Below are positions 42,643 through 52,645 of a DNA stretch of 64,000 nucleotides, one piece after another. Source of the DNA: Candidatus Cloacimonadota bacterium (GTDB lineage Bacteria; Cloacimonadota; Cloacimonadia; Cloacimonadales; TCS61); NCBI GenBank assembly GCA_030600585.1, contig JAUVLU010000003.1:13871-77870 (forward strand), written 5' to 3'. The translations under genes and the position numbers were made by a program. Position 1 is the first letter of the stretch. Every line of letters begins with the position of its first letter. The notes beneath the pieces are model-generated. The model ran no database searches. It was not told the DNA's origin and worked only from the letters and a program-made list of their open reading frames with translations.

Positions 42643-44703
42643 ATGGATATTAAAAAATTTAGAAATATCGGGATCAGCGCTCACATAGATTCCGGCAAAA
42701 CAACATTAGCAGAGCGGATATTATATTATTGTAACAAAATATATCGGATTGGTGAAGTTCGTGGAAAAAACGGCGTGGGAGCAACTATGGATTCCATGGA
42801 GCTTGAAAAAGAACGAGGGATCACGATTGCATCTGCTGCCACAAATGTAAGATGGAAAGGATATAACCTTAACGTTATCGATACTCCCGGACATGTTGAT
42901 TTTACTATCGAAGTTGAAAATGCACTTCGTGTTTTGGACGGTGCAGTACTCGTTCTCTGCGGAGTCAGCGGAGTTCAGTCTCAGTCGATTACAGTCGATA
43001 GGCAATTAAAAAGATATAAAGTTCCCCACATCGCATTTATAAATAAATTGGATAGAGTTGGAGCCGATCCGGAAAAAGTTAAGGATCAACTGTGTGAAAA
43101 ACTTGATCATAATGCAGTTTTAATGCAGATTCCAATTGGACTGGAAGAGAACTTTGAAGGTATTATCGACCTTATTTCCCGAAAGGCAAGACACTTTACA
43201 GGACCAAAAGGAGAACAGGTAAAAGAAACTGAGATCCCTGCCGAATATATAGATAAAACTGAAGAAATGCGAGAAGAGATGATCGATGCTGTTTCTATGT
43301 TTAGCGATGATCTGGCAGAAGCATTTTTAGATGGAAATGAAACTGAAGAAATGATCATTGAAGCTGTAAGAAAAGCTACGATCGCCATGGAAATGACACC
43401 TGTTTTTATGGGCTCTGCATTTAAGAATAAAGGTGTTCAATTACTTCTCGATGCGGTTATCCGCTATCTTCCCGATCCAACAGAAGGTGTAAATATTGCA
43501 CATGATAAAGATGATAATATGAGAGATCTAAAACTTGTATCCGATCCTGAACTTCCGACTGTTGCATTGGCATTCAAATTGGAAAATCAACAATATGGTC
43601 AACTTACATATTTGCGTATCTACCAGGGTACATTATCTAAAGGATCTGATCTGAGAAATGCCAGAACCGGAAATAAAATAAAAGTGGGCAGACTTGTAAA
43701 AATGCACGCCGATAATATGGAAGATATCAAAAGTGCGAAGGCAGGTGATATTGTAGCTTTGTTTGGAATTGACTGTGCCTTGGGGGATACTTTTAATGGT
43801 GGAAACAACAACTATACAATGCGCGAATCCTATGTTCCAAAACCCATTATCTCTCTTGCCATCGGCATCAAAGATAGTAATGATCAGGATCAACTTTCCA
43901 AAGCACTATCAAGATTCACTAAAGAAGATCCAACCTTTAAAGCTAATGTCGATGAAGAAACCAATGAAACAATTGTTCATGGTATGGGTGAACTTCATTT
44001 GAATGTTTATATCGAAAGGATCAGAAGAGAATATGGCGTTGATCTGGAAGCTTGTGCACCTCAGGTTTCATATCGAGAAACCATTACCAAGGCAATTGAA
44101 TTTGATTATATTCATAAAAAGCAATCCGGCGGACGTGGTCAATTTGCACGTGTTAAAGGGATTTTAACGCATTCGGGAAAAGATGAAAATATTTTCAGAG
44201 ATAAGGTGCGTGGTGGTAATATTCCAAGTCAATTTATTCCTGGTTGTGAAAAAGGATTTTTCTCTGTACTACAAAAAGGAGAGCTTGCCGGATTTCCGGT
44301 TGTTGGCGTAAAAATGACTTTGGATGATGGTGATTTTCATACTGTTGATTCCTCACAGCTTGCCTTTGAAGTTGCAACAAGAAATGCATTTAAAAAGAAT
44401 TACCGAAGAGCTAAACCCATTATTCTGGAGCCTGTAATGAAAGTTTCTGTGGAAACTCCTTCGGAATTCCGCGGGAATATCATGGCAATAATCAACCAGA
44501 ATAGAGGTCTCGTCTCAGATACGGTCATCGATGATAATTTTACGCGAATAGATTCGGAAATGCCGCTCTCAGAAACCTTCGGACTTGCTACACAATTCAG
44601 ATCTGTAACTCAGGGTAAAGCAGATTTCACAATGGAATTCAGTGAATATAAAGCAGTTCCGAAAAGTATTGAAGAAGAAGTTTTGAAGGCACGAGAGAAA
44701 TAG
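42643..44703 (+). CDS. fusA: Elongation factor G, stand-alone copy
   Basis: [44 protein letters not shown]; no rpsL/rpsG/tuf neighbours. Confidence 0.94.
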   Translation: MDIKKFRNIGISAHIDSGKTTLAERILYYCNKIYRIGEVRGKNGVGATMDSMELEKERGITIASAATNVRWKGYNLNVIDTPGHVDFTIEVENALRVLDGAVLVLCGVSGVQSQSITVDRQLKRYKVPHIAFINKLDRVGADPEKVKDQLCEKLDHNAVLMQIPIGLEENFEGIIDLISRKARHFTGPKGEQVKETEIPAEYIDKTEEMREEMIDAVSMFSDDLAEAFLDGNETEEMIIEAVRKATIAMEMTPVFMGSAFKNKGVQLLLDAVIRYLPDPTEGVNIAHDKDDNMRDLKLVSDPELPTVALAFKLENQQYGQLTYLRIYQGTLSKGSDLRNARTGNKIKVGRLVKMHADNMEDIKSAKAGDIVALFGIDCALGDTFNGGNNNYTMRESYVPKPIISLAIGIKDSNDQDQLSKALSRFTKEDPTFKANVDEETNETIVHGMGELHLNVYIERIRREYGVDLEACAPQVSYRETITKAIEFDYIHKKQSGGRGQFARVKGILTHSGKDENIFRDKVRGGNIPSQFIPGCEKGFFSVLQKGELAGFPVVGVKMTLDDGDFHTVDSSQLAFEVATRNAFKKNYRRAKPIILEPVMKVSVETPSEFRGNIMAIINQNRGLVSDTVIDDNFTRIDSEMPLSETFGLATQFRSVTQGKADFTMEFSEYKAVPKSIEEEVLKAREK

Positions 44704-44834
44704 AGTAAGAAAGAATTTGAAATTTGAAATGAGGAATTATAAATTTATAATTCCTTAGTCTTTATTATACAATTCTTATAAATAAATGTATTTATTTATA
44801 ACAAAACAAAAATCTATTAATCTTATCGAATCTC

Positions 44835-44870
44835 TTGACAAAAATTTATGACTGGTCATTTTTGACCAGT
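44835..44870 (+). promoter_or_regulatory. TTGACA -35 element and an operator-like palindrome in front of the nuclease cluster
   Basis: TTGACA at 44835-44840; perfect ACTGGTCA-TTTT-TGACCAGT at 44851-44870; GGAGGAG RBS at 44878. Confidence 0.6.
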
Positions 44871-44886
44871 ATTGATTGGAGGAGTT

Positions 44887-45225
44887 ATGGAATATGATCC
44901 ATGGAAATTTATAAAATTAGCTGAAAGTAATCTTGGGAAGCAACTATGGAATTTCCTGAATGAACATGACAATTTAATTAGAATGGAAACTGCTACCGAT
45001 TTAAAAAAACCTGCAGTAAGAGCTTTAACAAACCAATTATTAAGCAGATTTGGTGAGCAAGTAAAAGAAATGAGGGTGAAACAAATGATAGGACACATGG
45101 TGAAACATATAATGAAAGAAAGAGAATATGAAGTAGATCAGCGAGATGTTTTGGTAAACGACGGATTATTTAATAAAGCATCTCGTTATCGTAAAAATGA
45201 TGAACCCAAAGGAGTGATTCAATGA
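44887..45225 (+). CDS. Small hypothetical protein (112 aa), first gene of the nuclease cluster
   Basis: Strong RBS; LWNFL...RMETA...RVKQMIGHMV...ASRY; ATGA overlap with the next gene. Confidence 0.8.
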   Translation: MEYDPWKFIKLAESNLGKQLWNFLNEHDNLIRMETATDLKKPAVRALTNQLLSRFGEQVKEMRVKQMIGHMVKHIMKEREYEVDQRDVLVNDGLFNKASRYRKNDEPKGVIQ

Positions 45226-47228
45226 ATAAAATAGGATTTGCAACTAATAGTAAATTAATAAAACAATTTATTAAAAAATGGTGTTTGAAAAATTATAAAC
45301 CGTTTGTTGAATTAAAATCTTTGCATAATATTGATTTTAACCAGTTTCGATACCTTATTATTGATCCGCTTATTACTACTAAAACTGAATGGAAAAAATT
45401 TATTTCCCGTTACAAAAGACAGGGTTACTTAGTTCCTTTGTTAATAGTGTATGAATATCTCGAAAAATTTATTGATTTTGATGCAGAGATTCCACGTAAT
45501 ATAGATGTAGTGTGGTGCAGATTTCCTTATGACGAATTTGATTTTATAGAGGAAAGATTATCCGCTCTAGGGGATAGTTGGAAAATCTATTCCACTAAAG
45601 TAAAAAGACATATGGCAGAATATAAAAAAGAAAGACTTCAAATTTGTGAAGATGGAGTATTCAAACAAAATAAGAAACCTTACAAACATATTCTTCCCGA
45701 GAACTTGGAAAAATTAAATATTATTGAAACTTTCAGAAAGGAATTTTGGGATTATTCATTTATGAATGAAGATATTAAATTGCATACAGGTTTTCATCAT
45801 TTGAATTCGTCTCAAGCATTGTGTTTTAATCTTTTCTATCCACTAATTAATGAATTTGTAATTTCATATCAATATAGGAATTATGATTTTATAAAATGCT
45901 TTTTAAATATTATCTTGAAGGACTTTTATTACCACTATAAGGGGATGACAGATATAAATTTCTTAAACCCTGCTCAATTAAATTTTGAAAAAATACTGGA
46001 TAAAAAAGAACAAACTAATTTTGATTTTTATCTTGAATATAAAAATAATATAAAAATTCTTTTTGAGATCAAGTATACAGAAGAATCATTTGGAACTGCA
46101 AAAAACTCTAAATCGCATGAAGATAAATTTAACAAAATTTATAAGCCAAGACTTATTAATAAAATCCAACCAGAGTATTGTAGTTTTAATGAAAATTTTA
46201 GGAAGAATTATCAAATAATTAGAAACCTATCATACATCGATGATAAAACGTATGTTGTGTTTTTATATCCTAATAAAAATGAAAACATCAAAAACAAAAA
46301 TAAAACAATTATTGAGGATATTATTTTACCAAAGTATCGAAATCACATAAAGATACTTTATCTTGAAGATATGGTTGAACATCTTTTGAATGGAAAATAC
46401 TCTTCTGCAAAAATCCATACTCATTATCAGATGTTTAAAGAAAAATATCTATTAGATGAAGATGTGGACTACAATTATTTTAACAACTTAGATGAAGCTT
46501 TATATTTTCCGGAAATCGTTACTACTTTAGATTTAAGCCATCAATACAGAACTAAATTCCCAATGGAAATATTCACACTTAAGAATTTACAAAAATTAGA
46601 TCTCTCTGGAAATGAGTTTGAGAATATTCCTAATGAAATATGGAATTATGAAGATTTAGTAGAACTTTCTTTAAATATATCAAAAATTCCAAAAGAGATA
46701 AATAATTTAAAGAGATTAAAACTACTTGAGATTTTCGGCAAAGATTTGAAAAAAATTCCAGACGAAATTTCGGAACTAGCATTATTAGAGACTCTTATTA
46801 TAAGTAATTGTGAAATATGTAAATTACCGGAAAGTATCGAAAATCTTACTTCATTAAGGTGCATTAGATTGATGAACTTACCTGATCTTGATTTGATTGA
46901 TACACTTAAGAAATTATCATTACTCAAATATCTTGAGGTTCTTGATTTATCTGGAAATGAACTTTATGATTTACCACCTGAAATCTCATTACTTCAAAAA
47001 TTAAATGAATTAGATCTTAGTTTGAATAATTTTTCCAAAATACCTGAAGCAATTTTCAAGTTAATTGAATTAACCGATCTGAGCCTTGAAAGCAATAAGC
47101 TCGAATCTATAGAAAAACAAATTACAAAATTAATAAACCTCACTTGTTTAGATCTTAGAAGTAATAACATTATTAATTTACCTAAGGAAATTCATACATT
47201 ACCATATCTTAAACATTTGATTTTGTAA
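45222..47228 (+). CDS. PD-(D/E)xK nuclease (PGN_0703-like) fused to C-terminal leucine-rich repeats, with an uncharacterised N-terminal alpha/beta domain
   Basis: HHLNSSQALCFNLF, TNFD, EIKYTE, YQIIRN; ~10 LxxLxLxxNxxxxIPxxI repeats from ~46520. Confidence 0.8.
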   Translation: MNKIGFATNSKLIKQFIKKWCLKNYKPFVELKSLHNIDFNQFRYLIIDPLITTKTEWKKFISRYKRQGYLVPLLIVYEYLEKFIDFDAEIPRNIDVVWCRFPYDEFDFIEERLSALGDSWKIYSTKVKRHMAEYKKERLQICEDGVFKQNKKPYKHILPENLEKLNIIETFRKEFWDYSFMNEDIKLHTGFHHLNSSQALCFNLFYPLINEFVISYQYRNYDFIKCFLNIILKDFYYHYKGMTDINFLNPAQLNFEKILDKKEQTNFDFYLEYKNNIKILFEIKYTEESFGTAKNSKSHEDKFNKIYKPRLINKIQPEYCSFNENFRKNYQIIRNLSYIDDKTYVVFLYPNKNENIKNKNKTIIEDIILPKYRNHIKILYLEDMVEHLLNGKYSSAKIHTHYQMFKEKYLLDEDVDYNYFNNLDEALYFPEIVTTLDLSHQYRTKFPMEIFTLKNLQKLDLSGNEFENIPNEIWNYEDLVELSLNISKIPKEINNLKRLKLLEIFGKDLKKIPDEISELALLETLIISNCEICKLPESIENLTSLRCIRLMNLPDLDLIDTLKKLSLLKYLEVLDLSGNELYDLPPEISLLQKLNELDLSLNNFSKIPEAIFKLIELTDLSLESNKLESIEKQITKLINLTCLDLRSNNIINLPKEIHTLPYLKHLIL

Positions 47229-47279
47229 AGTTGATATTGTAATGTTTAAAAAATTTAAACTTAATGGGGAGAGAATAAG

Positions 47280-48008
47280 ATGACTAAAAAAAACATTATT
47301 GATGAATTGATGAAAGAGTTAGGTGATATAAATAATTTGTATAATGCTAAATGCATTGCAAGAAGAGGTAAGACTAATGATACTAAAGATTTCTACACTG
47401 AAGTAATTGCACATGAATTATTAAGAAACCTAACGAAATTTGAAAACATAAAACCAATTACAAGAACAAAACCTTACTGCAGAGAAAATCACTTTAACAT
47501 TGAATTTAACTATAATGAAAGCAATAGAGATGAAGAAATTTTTGCAAAAAGAATTACCGGATTAAATATCGATGAAATCGGAGTGATTTTAGATTATCAA
47601 ATACCCTTAAAAAATTCAAGGGATGACAAAGGTGTTGGAAAAATTGATTTGATTTCTTATAATAAGAAAAATAATAATCTGCATTTAATCGAGTTAAAAT
47701 ACAACAATAATGATGAAACATTACTTAGAGCTGTTCTTGAAGCATACACTTATTATAAAAGAGCAGATAAAGATAAACTCATGAATGACTATTTGAGTAG
47801 TAAATTTATATTATCAAAAGTGTTATTAAAATCAAATCTAAGTGATATAAATGTTATTCCAACTGTATTAGTAGTGCCTGTATGTAATCCATCTCAAGAA
47901 TTAACTGAAATGGAATTTGGAAAAAGACCAAAACTAAAAACACTATCCTTAGCATTAGGAATTGAATTTTTTACATTAGATTTAAGTATTCTTAGAGTTG
48001 AAATCTAA
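47280..48008 (+). CDS. Putative PD-(D/E)xK nuclease
   Basis: DYQIPLK...GKIDLI...LIELK...LLRAVLEAYTY (E/Q...D...ExK arrangement). Confidence 0.7.
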   Translation: MTKKNIIDELMKELGDINNLYNAKCIARRGKTNDTKDFYTEVIAHELLRNLTKFENIKPITRTKPYCRENHFNIEFNYNESNRDEEIFAKRITGLNIDEIGVILDYQIPLKNSRDDKGVGKIDLISYNKKNNNLHLIELKYNNNDETLLRAVLEAYTYYKRADKDKLMNDYLSSKFILSKVLLKSNLSDINVIPTVLVVPVCNPSQELTEMEFGKRPKLKTLSLALGIEFFTLDLSILRVEI

Positions 48009-48027
48009 ATTTGAAAAGGAGGAAGAA

Positions 48028-48816
48028 ATGTTTCATTTATATAAAAAAGCTAATTATTCAGGAAAGCTTAAGACTCAATTAATTGAATTAGGAATAAAGT
48101 ATGCAAAGAACCATAATATTACAAATTACAAAAAGCATAAAAGTGCTCTTATTTTTGATATTAAGGATAATATCATAACATCGTCATATAAGCCCATAAA
48201 GAGTAGTAATGATTGGGAAAAAAGATTAGAAAAACCTCATACCCATTTTCCAAATTCAAATGTTAAAGAATTAAGCTCTTCAAATAGTTCAGATGCACTT
48301 CTAATGAATATTTTTTGCCATCCAGAATTGAATAAATGGAAATCGATCAAAAAATTATTTAATCAAGTAGAAATTAAACCCAATTTTGGTTACAAACCAG
48401 GAGTTGAAAAAGATGGTGGGAAACCGGATGATACTGAAATTGATATGAAATTAAAAAATATGTATATTGAAGCGAAATTGACTGAATCTGATTTTACTAA
48501 AAAAGATAAAAGTATTGTAGAATCTTACGATAAGTTTGAGGAAGTCTTTGAAAAAAATTATTTAGAGCAAGATTCCAATAAATATTATAAATATCAGTTA
48601 ATTAGAAATATTTTAGCAGCTTATCAAGATGGTGTAAACTTTATCCTTTTATGTGATGCAAGAAGACCAGATTTAATTAGGGATTTTTATTTAACTGTAA
48701 GATGTGTTAAAAATGTTTCATTGAGATCGAGATGTAACATAATTTTTTGGCAGGAAGTATGTAAATGTGTTGGAGGGAATTTAAAACCATTTTTAATAGA
48801 AAAATATGGTTTATAA
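48028..48816 (+). CDS. Putative PD-(D/E)xK nuclease, related to the nuclease domain of 45222-47228
   Basis: SSDALLMNIF, TEID, EAKLTE, YQLIRN; ATG at 48028 after AAGGAGG. Confidence 0.75.
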   Translation: MFHLYKKANYSGKLKTQLIELGIKYAKNHNITNYKKHKSALIFDIKDNIITSSYKPIKSSNDWEKRLEKPHTHFPNSNVKELSSSNSSDALLMNIFCHPELNKWKSIKKLFNQVEIKPNFGYKPGVEKDGGKPDDTEIDMKLKNMYIEAKLTESDFTKKDKSIVESYDKFEEVFEKNYLEQDSNKYYKYQLIRNILAAYQDGVNFILLCDARRPDLIRDFYLTVRCVKNVSLRSRCNIIFWQEVCKCVGGNLKPFLIEKYGL

Positions 48817-48831
48817 ATTATCAAAATAATT

Positions 48832-50616
48832 CTACTCCCACTCAATAGTTCCCGGTGGTTTGGTGGTTATATCATAAAGCAGATTTCCCGCATCGTCAAT
48901 ATTTCTAATCAAATTTGAAAGTCTTAGAAATTCTGTAAAATCCATTTCATACACACTGGCACTCATTGCATCGAATGAACAAACAGGTCTCATTACATAA
49001 CACAACTTGTTATCAGTGTTTCTTAATGGCAATTGAACAACCGGCATCTGCCAGATCTCTTTTATATCATCAGTTCTTTTCCGTAAAACCGCATCAACAT
49101 TTCTCAATTCATCAAGGTTGTGTTTTTCTAAAAATAGTTTTTCCAGATGCAAATCATCAACAGGATTCAAAGAAAATATAAGCCTGTTTACCGTTTTTAA
49201 TTTATTTATTACTTTAGAGGAACATTCATTTATCACTTTCCAATCTGCTTCGATATCTTTTTTGAACCATATAATCGCCGGATGATGATAAGTGCGAAAA
49301 TCACCCTGAACGCCTACACTTTTTATTGGAAGAATTTTGCCTTCCATTTTGAATTCACTCAGGATTTTATTCATAAATTTTTCTTCTTTTGTATAATCAA
49401 TTTGTGATTTTGTTTTATCCGAGCAAATAACTCTGATTGCCAGTCCCGGACCCGGGAATGGATGACGATGAACAAGTTTGTGCGGAAGCCCGAGTTCTTC
49501 TCCGAGTTTGCGGACTTCATCTTTATAAAGCTCTTTAATCGGCTCGATGATCTTTCCTTCCGAAATCAGTTTTTCAATTTCATCAACCCGATTGTGATGA
49601 GTTTTTATCAGAGCTGCTTTATCCGTTGAACCACTTTCTATTGTATCAGGATAAATAGTTCCCTGCACCAAAATAAATTCTTCTTCTTTTGAAAGTTTTT
49701 CCAGTTCCTCATTGGCAATATCAACAAATAATTTACCAATAATTTTCCGCTTTTCTTCAGGTTCGACAATTCCTTCCAGTTCTTTTAAATATAAGTCTTC
49801 CGCTTCGATTATTTTGATATTTTTAAAATTCAATTCTCGGAAATGTTCCATTATTTCTTTAGATTCATCCTTGCGCATAAAACCGGTATCGATGTGAATG
49901 GAATATACATTTTCGTTCCCAACAGCTTGAATGCAAAGCTCAAGAGCAACCAACGAATCCACCCCACCGGAAAGCAGCAGAACCAGCTTCCTGCCTTTTA
50001 CTTCGTTTCGAATTTCATCTGTTAATTGTTGTTTAAAGTTCTTCACTTTCCAATTACGTTCTTGAGTGCATAATTCTACGAAATTATCCAGCATTTTCAT
50101 TCCGTTCTCGGTATGCGTAACTTCAGGATGAAATTGGAATCCGAAATACTTATCAGACTCATAAGCAACGATCTTTACGGAATTAGTAGAAGCGGTTATT
50201 CGGAAGCTTTGCGGCAAAGAACAAACGTGATCTCCGTGACTCATCCAGACTTTTTGCTCTGTATTTAATTTTCTAAAAAGAACGGAATTTTTATTATCGC
50301 AGGTTATGGAAGTAAAACCATATTCTTTGTTTTCCCCACTTTCTATCTTACCGCCTACCATTTTTGCCAGAAGTTGATGTCCGTAACATATCCCTAAAAT
50401 AGGAATTTCATTTGTTGCTATATCAAATTTAATTCGATATGCATCATCTGCGTTTACTGATTGCGGACCTCCCGAGAAAATTATTCCTACAACGTCATTG
50501 TCTTTTCCGAAATTCTCCGGATTTATTATCTCACTATAAACACCCAGATCACGGATTCTGCGCGCGATGAGATGAGTGTATTGTCCACCGAAATCAATTA
50601 TTATTATTTTTTCCAT
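48832..50616 (-). CDS. guaA: GMP synthase (glutamine-hydrolysing)
   Basis: IDFGGQY, GICYGHQL, QFHPEV, SGGVDS, IKTHHN, RHPFPGPGL, KPPGTIEWE. Confidence 0.95.
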   Translation of the reverse strand: MEKIIIIDFGGQYTHLIARRIRDLGVYSEIINPENFGKDNDVVGIIFSGGPQSVNADDAYRIKFDIATNEIPILGICYGHQLLAKMVGGKIESGENKEYGFTSITCDNKNSVLFRKLNTEQKVWMSHGDHVCSLPQSFRITASTNSVKIVAYESDKYFGFQFHPEVTHTENGMKMLDNFVELCTQERNWKVKNFKQQLTDEIRNEVKGRKLVLLLSGGVDSLVALELCIQAVGNENVYSIHIDTGFMRKDESKEIMEHFRELNFKNIKIIEAEDLYLKELEGIVEPEEKRKIIGKLFVDIANEELEKLSKEEEFILVQGTIYPDTIESGSTDKAALIKTHHNRVDEIEKLISEGKIIEPIKELYKDEVRKLGEELGLPHKLVHRHPFPGPGLAIRVICSDKTKSQIDYTKEEKFMNKILSEFKMEGKILPIKSVGVQGDFRTYHHPAIIWFKKDIEADWKVINECSSKVINKLKTVNRLIFSLNPVDDLHLEKLFLEKHNLDELRNVDAVLRKRTDDIKEIWQMPVVQLPLRNTDNKLCYVMRPVCSFDAMSASVYEMDFTEFLRLSNLIRNIDDAGNLLYDITTKPPGTIEWE

Positions 50617-50631
50617 TTTCTTCCTTTTTTT

Positions 50632-50756
50632 CACCGCGAAGACGCGAAGCTAAAATTTTGCATTATTTTTTTTCTTTATTCTTCATAATTTTTCTTTTCC
50701 TTTCCGTCCTTTGCGCCTTTTTAACACGGCGTAGTGTAACGAAGACGGTTGCGGTT
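50632..50756. repeat. GxxExxY-type inverted-arm element with a 30-nt insertion in the right arm
   Basis: CACCGCGAAGACGCGAAG-spacer-CTTTGCGCCTT[50720-50749]TGCGGTT; spacer nearly identical to the copy at 54436. Confidence 0.85.
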
Positions 50757-50783
50757 TATTCTTTTTCCTCTTTTCAATTATCA

Positions 50784-51389
50784 TCATTTTTGTTCTTTCC
50801 TTTCCGCTCTTTGCGTCTTTGCGGTGAAAACTTCTTTCAAGCATTCACTATAAAATCTATGCTCAACTTTCAATCCTGTTTGTTCTACTTCTTCTATCGT
50901 TTCGCAATCCGAAATATTAACTTCTTTTTTTCCGATCACACTTCCCGTGTCGAGTCCTTTATCTACAAAATGAACAGTGATTATAGTTCTTTCCAGCTTA
51001 TTTTCAAAAGCCCATTCATAACCGTGTAAACCCTGATGAAAAGAAGTATCCGCAGGATGGATATTGATAATCATTTTTTGGAATTCTTTTATGATCTTCG
51101 GTGAAAGAATCTTCATATAACCTGCCAAAATAATGAAATCCGGATTTTGTTGTTTCAACCAATCCAAAAGCATTGTATTGTAGGTTTTTCTCTTCTTTCC
51201 TCTTGATTCAATGATTTTAGTTTTGATCCCAAAACTTTTTGTTTTTTGTAGTCCTTCAGCATCCGGTTTATTAGAAAATACTGATTGAATCGTGCAAATA
51301 TCTTTCAATATGCCGGACTGAACGTTTCTGACAATTGCTAGCATATTACTGCCACGACTACTGATCATAATAATAATTTTTTTTTTCAT
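50784..51389 (-). CDS. purN: Phosphoribosylglycinamide formyltransferase
   Basis: SSRGSN, LAGYMKIL, INIHP, HFV..GLDTG; last ~14 codons come from a repeat arm. Confidence 0.92.
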   Translation of the reverse strand: MKKKIIIMISSRGSNMLAIVRNVQSGILKDICTIQSVFSNKPDAEGLQKTKSFGIKTKIIESRGKKRKTYNTMLLDWLKQQNPDFIILAGYMKILSPKIIKEFQKMIINIHPADTSFHQGLHGYEWAFENKLERTIITVHFVDKGLDTGSVIGKKEVNISDCETIEEVEQTGLKVEHRFYSECLKEVFTAKTQRAERKEQK

Positions 51390-51398
51390 ATTTTTTCT

Positions 51399-51540
51399 CA
51401 CCGCTAAGACGCTAAGAACGCCAAGTAATCTCCTCTTGAGACGCTGTACTGAGCTTGTCGAAGTAGGAGTCCGACTTTAGTCGGGAGGTGTGTTTTTTCT
51501 TCATCATTGGAAATTCCGTGTTCGATATTGGATATTCGCT
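51399..51540. repeat. Composite repeat: GxxExxY-type arm + family B double hairpin (with 24-nt insert) + GAAATTCCG..TTCGATATT unit
   Basis: Same order of units as at 57833-57930. Confidence 0.78.
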
Positions 51541-51545
51541 TTCTC

Positions 51546-52643
51546 TCATCTTAACTCATCTAACCAACCGGCTGTTTTGTTCAGATTCCTCTTAAATATT
51601 CTACCTTCATTGCGAGCATCTTTTGCCTGATGATATTTGAAGTATATTTCATTGTTAATGATTCCTAAAATTTCAATCTTACCGGTCTTATGAGATATCA
51701 CATACCGGAATCGTTTACTGTGTCCGTTCATCATAGCTTTTGCTTTTTCAACAATCTGATAACCTTTATATAACGGTATTTGAAAGTATTGTTTAACTCT
51801 TTTTACGGGACGACATTGAAAAACATAATACGGATTAACTCCTATTTTTACCAATTTATTTTGCAGTTCTGCTAAAACATCGGGTTTATCATTGATATCT
51901 TTCATTAAAACCGTTTGATTGTTCAAAATAATCCCTGATAATAATAATTTTTTAACTGCTGCCTGAAGTTCTTTTGTCATTTCTTTCGGATGATCGATTT
52001 GCAGAACAAAGTATATTTGCTTTCTTTTTGAATATTTTTTTAGAACAGAAAGCAATTCGCTGTCTTCTAAAATTCTTTGCGGTAAAAAAACAGGAACTTT
52101 AGTACCGAACCTGATAAAATCAAGATGTTCGATTTTTGTAAATCCGTTCAAAAAATTTTCTATTACTTTTGTTGAAAGCATTAACGGATCACCACCGGTT
52201 ACCAGAACATTATTGATTTCCTTATGATCATTAATATACTTTTTGGCTTTTTCGAGATTATGAAATATTTCTTTTGAAGATACACCGACCATTCTTTTTC
52301 GAAAACAAAATCTGCAGTAACTTGCACATCTGTGGGTTGATAATATCAAAGCAGTTTGAGAATACTTATGCTGAAGCCCTATGAATTTTGTATTACCTTT
52401 TTCATCGCTTGTATCATAAGAACCGGTTAAATCTAATTCATTAACGGAAGGAACTATCATTTTTCTGATTGGATCTTTAGGGTCTTCAAAATCTATCAAA
52501 GACAAATAATGTTTAGAAATACTCATAGGATGTCTTTTAACAACTTTTTTCAGAAGTTTTTTTTCTTTTGAATTTAAATCCAGATAATTTTGTAATTCTT
52601 CTATGGTGGTTACATTAAATTTTAATTCACTTTTCCAATTCAT
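51546..52643 (-). CDS. KamA-family radical SAM aminomutase-like protein
   Basis: HKY, CASYCRFC, VTGGDPL, NQTVL, PYYVFQC, GKIE (PLP Lys position). Confidence 0.87.
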   Translation of the reverse strand: MNWKSELKFNVTTIEELQNYLDLNSKEKKLLKKVVKRHPMSISKHYLSLIDFEDPKDPIRKMIVPSVNELDLTGSYDTSDEKGNTKFIGLQHKYSQTALILSTHRCASYCRFCFRKRMVGVSSKEIFHNLEKAKKYINDHKEINNVLVTGGDPLMLSTKVIENFLNGFTKIEHLDFIRFGTKVPVFLPQRILEDSELLSVLKKYSKRKQIYFVLQIDHPKEMTKELQAAVKKLLLSGIILNNQTVLMKDINDKPDVLAELQNKLVKIGVNPYYVFQCRPVKRVKQYFQIPLYKGYQIVEKAKAMMNGHSKRFRYVISHKTGKIEILGIINNEIYFKYHQAKDARNEGRIFKRNLNKTAGWLDELR

Positions 52644-52645
52644 AA

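Noticed and set aside
44872-44886. TTG start of the 117-aa ORF, and extended starts given for guaA, purN, purD, purC-purE, purH, the aminotransferase and 47998
   Set aside because: Downstream ATGs have properly spaced RBSs; several extensions start at the GTG inside the GCGGTGAA repeat arm.
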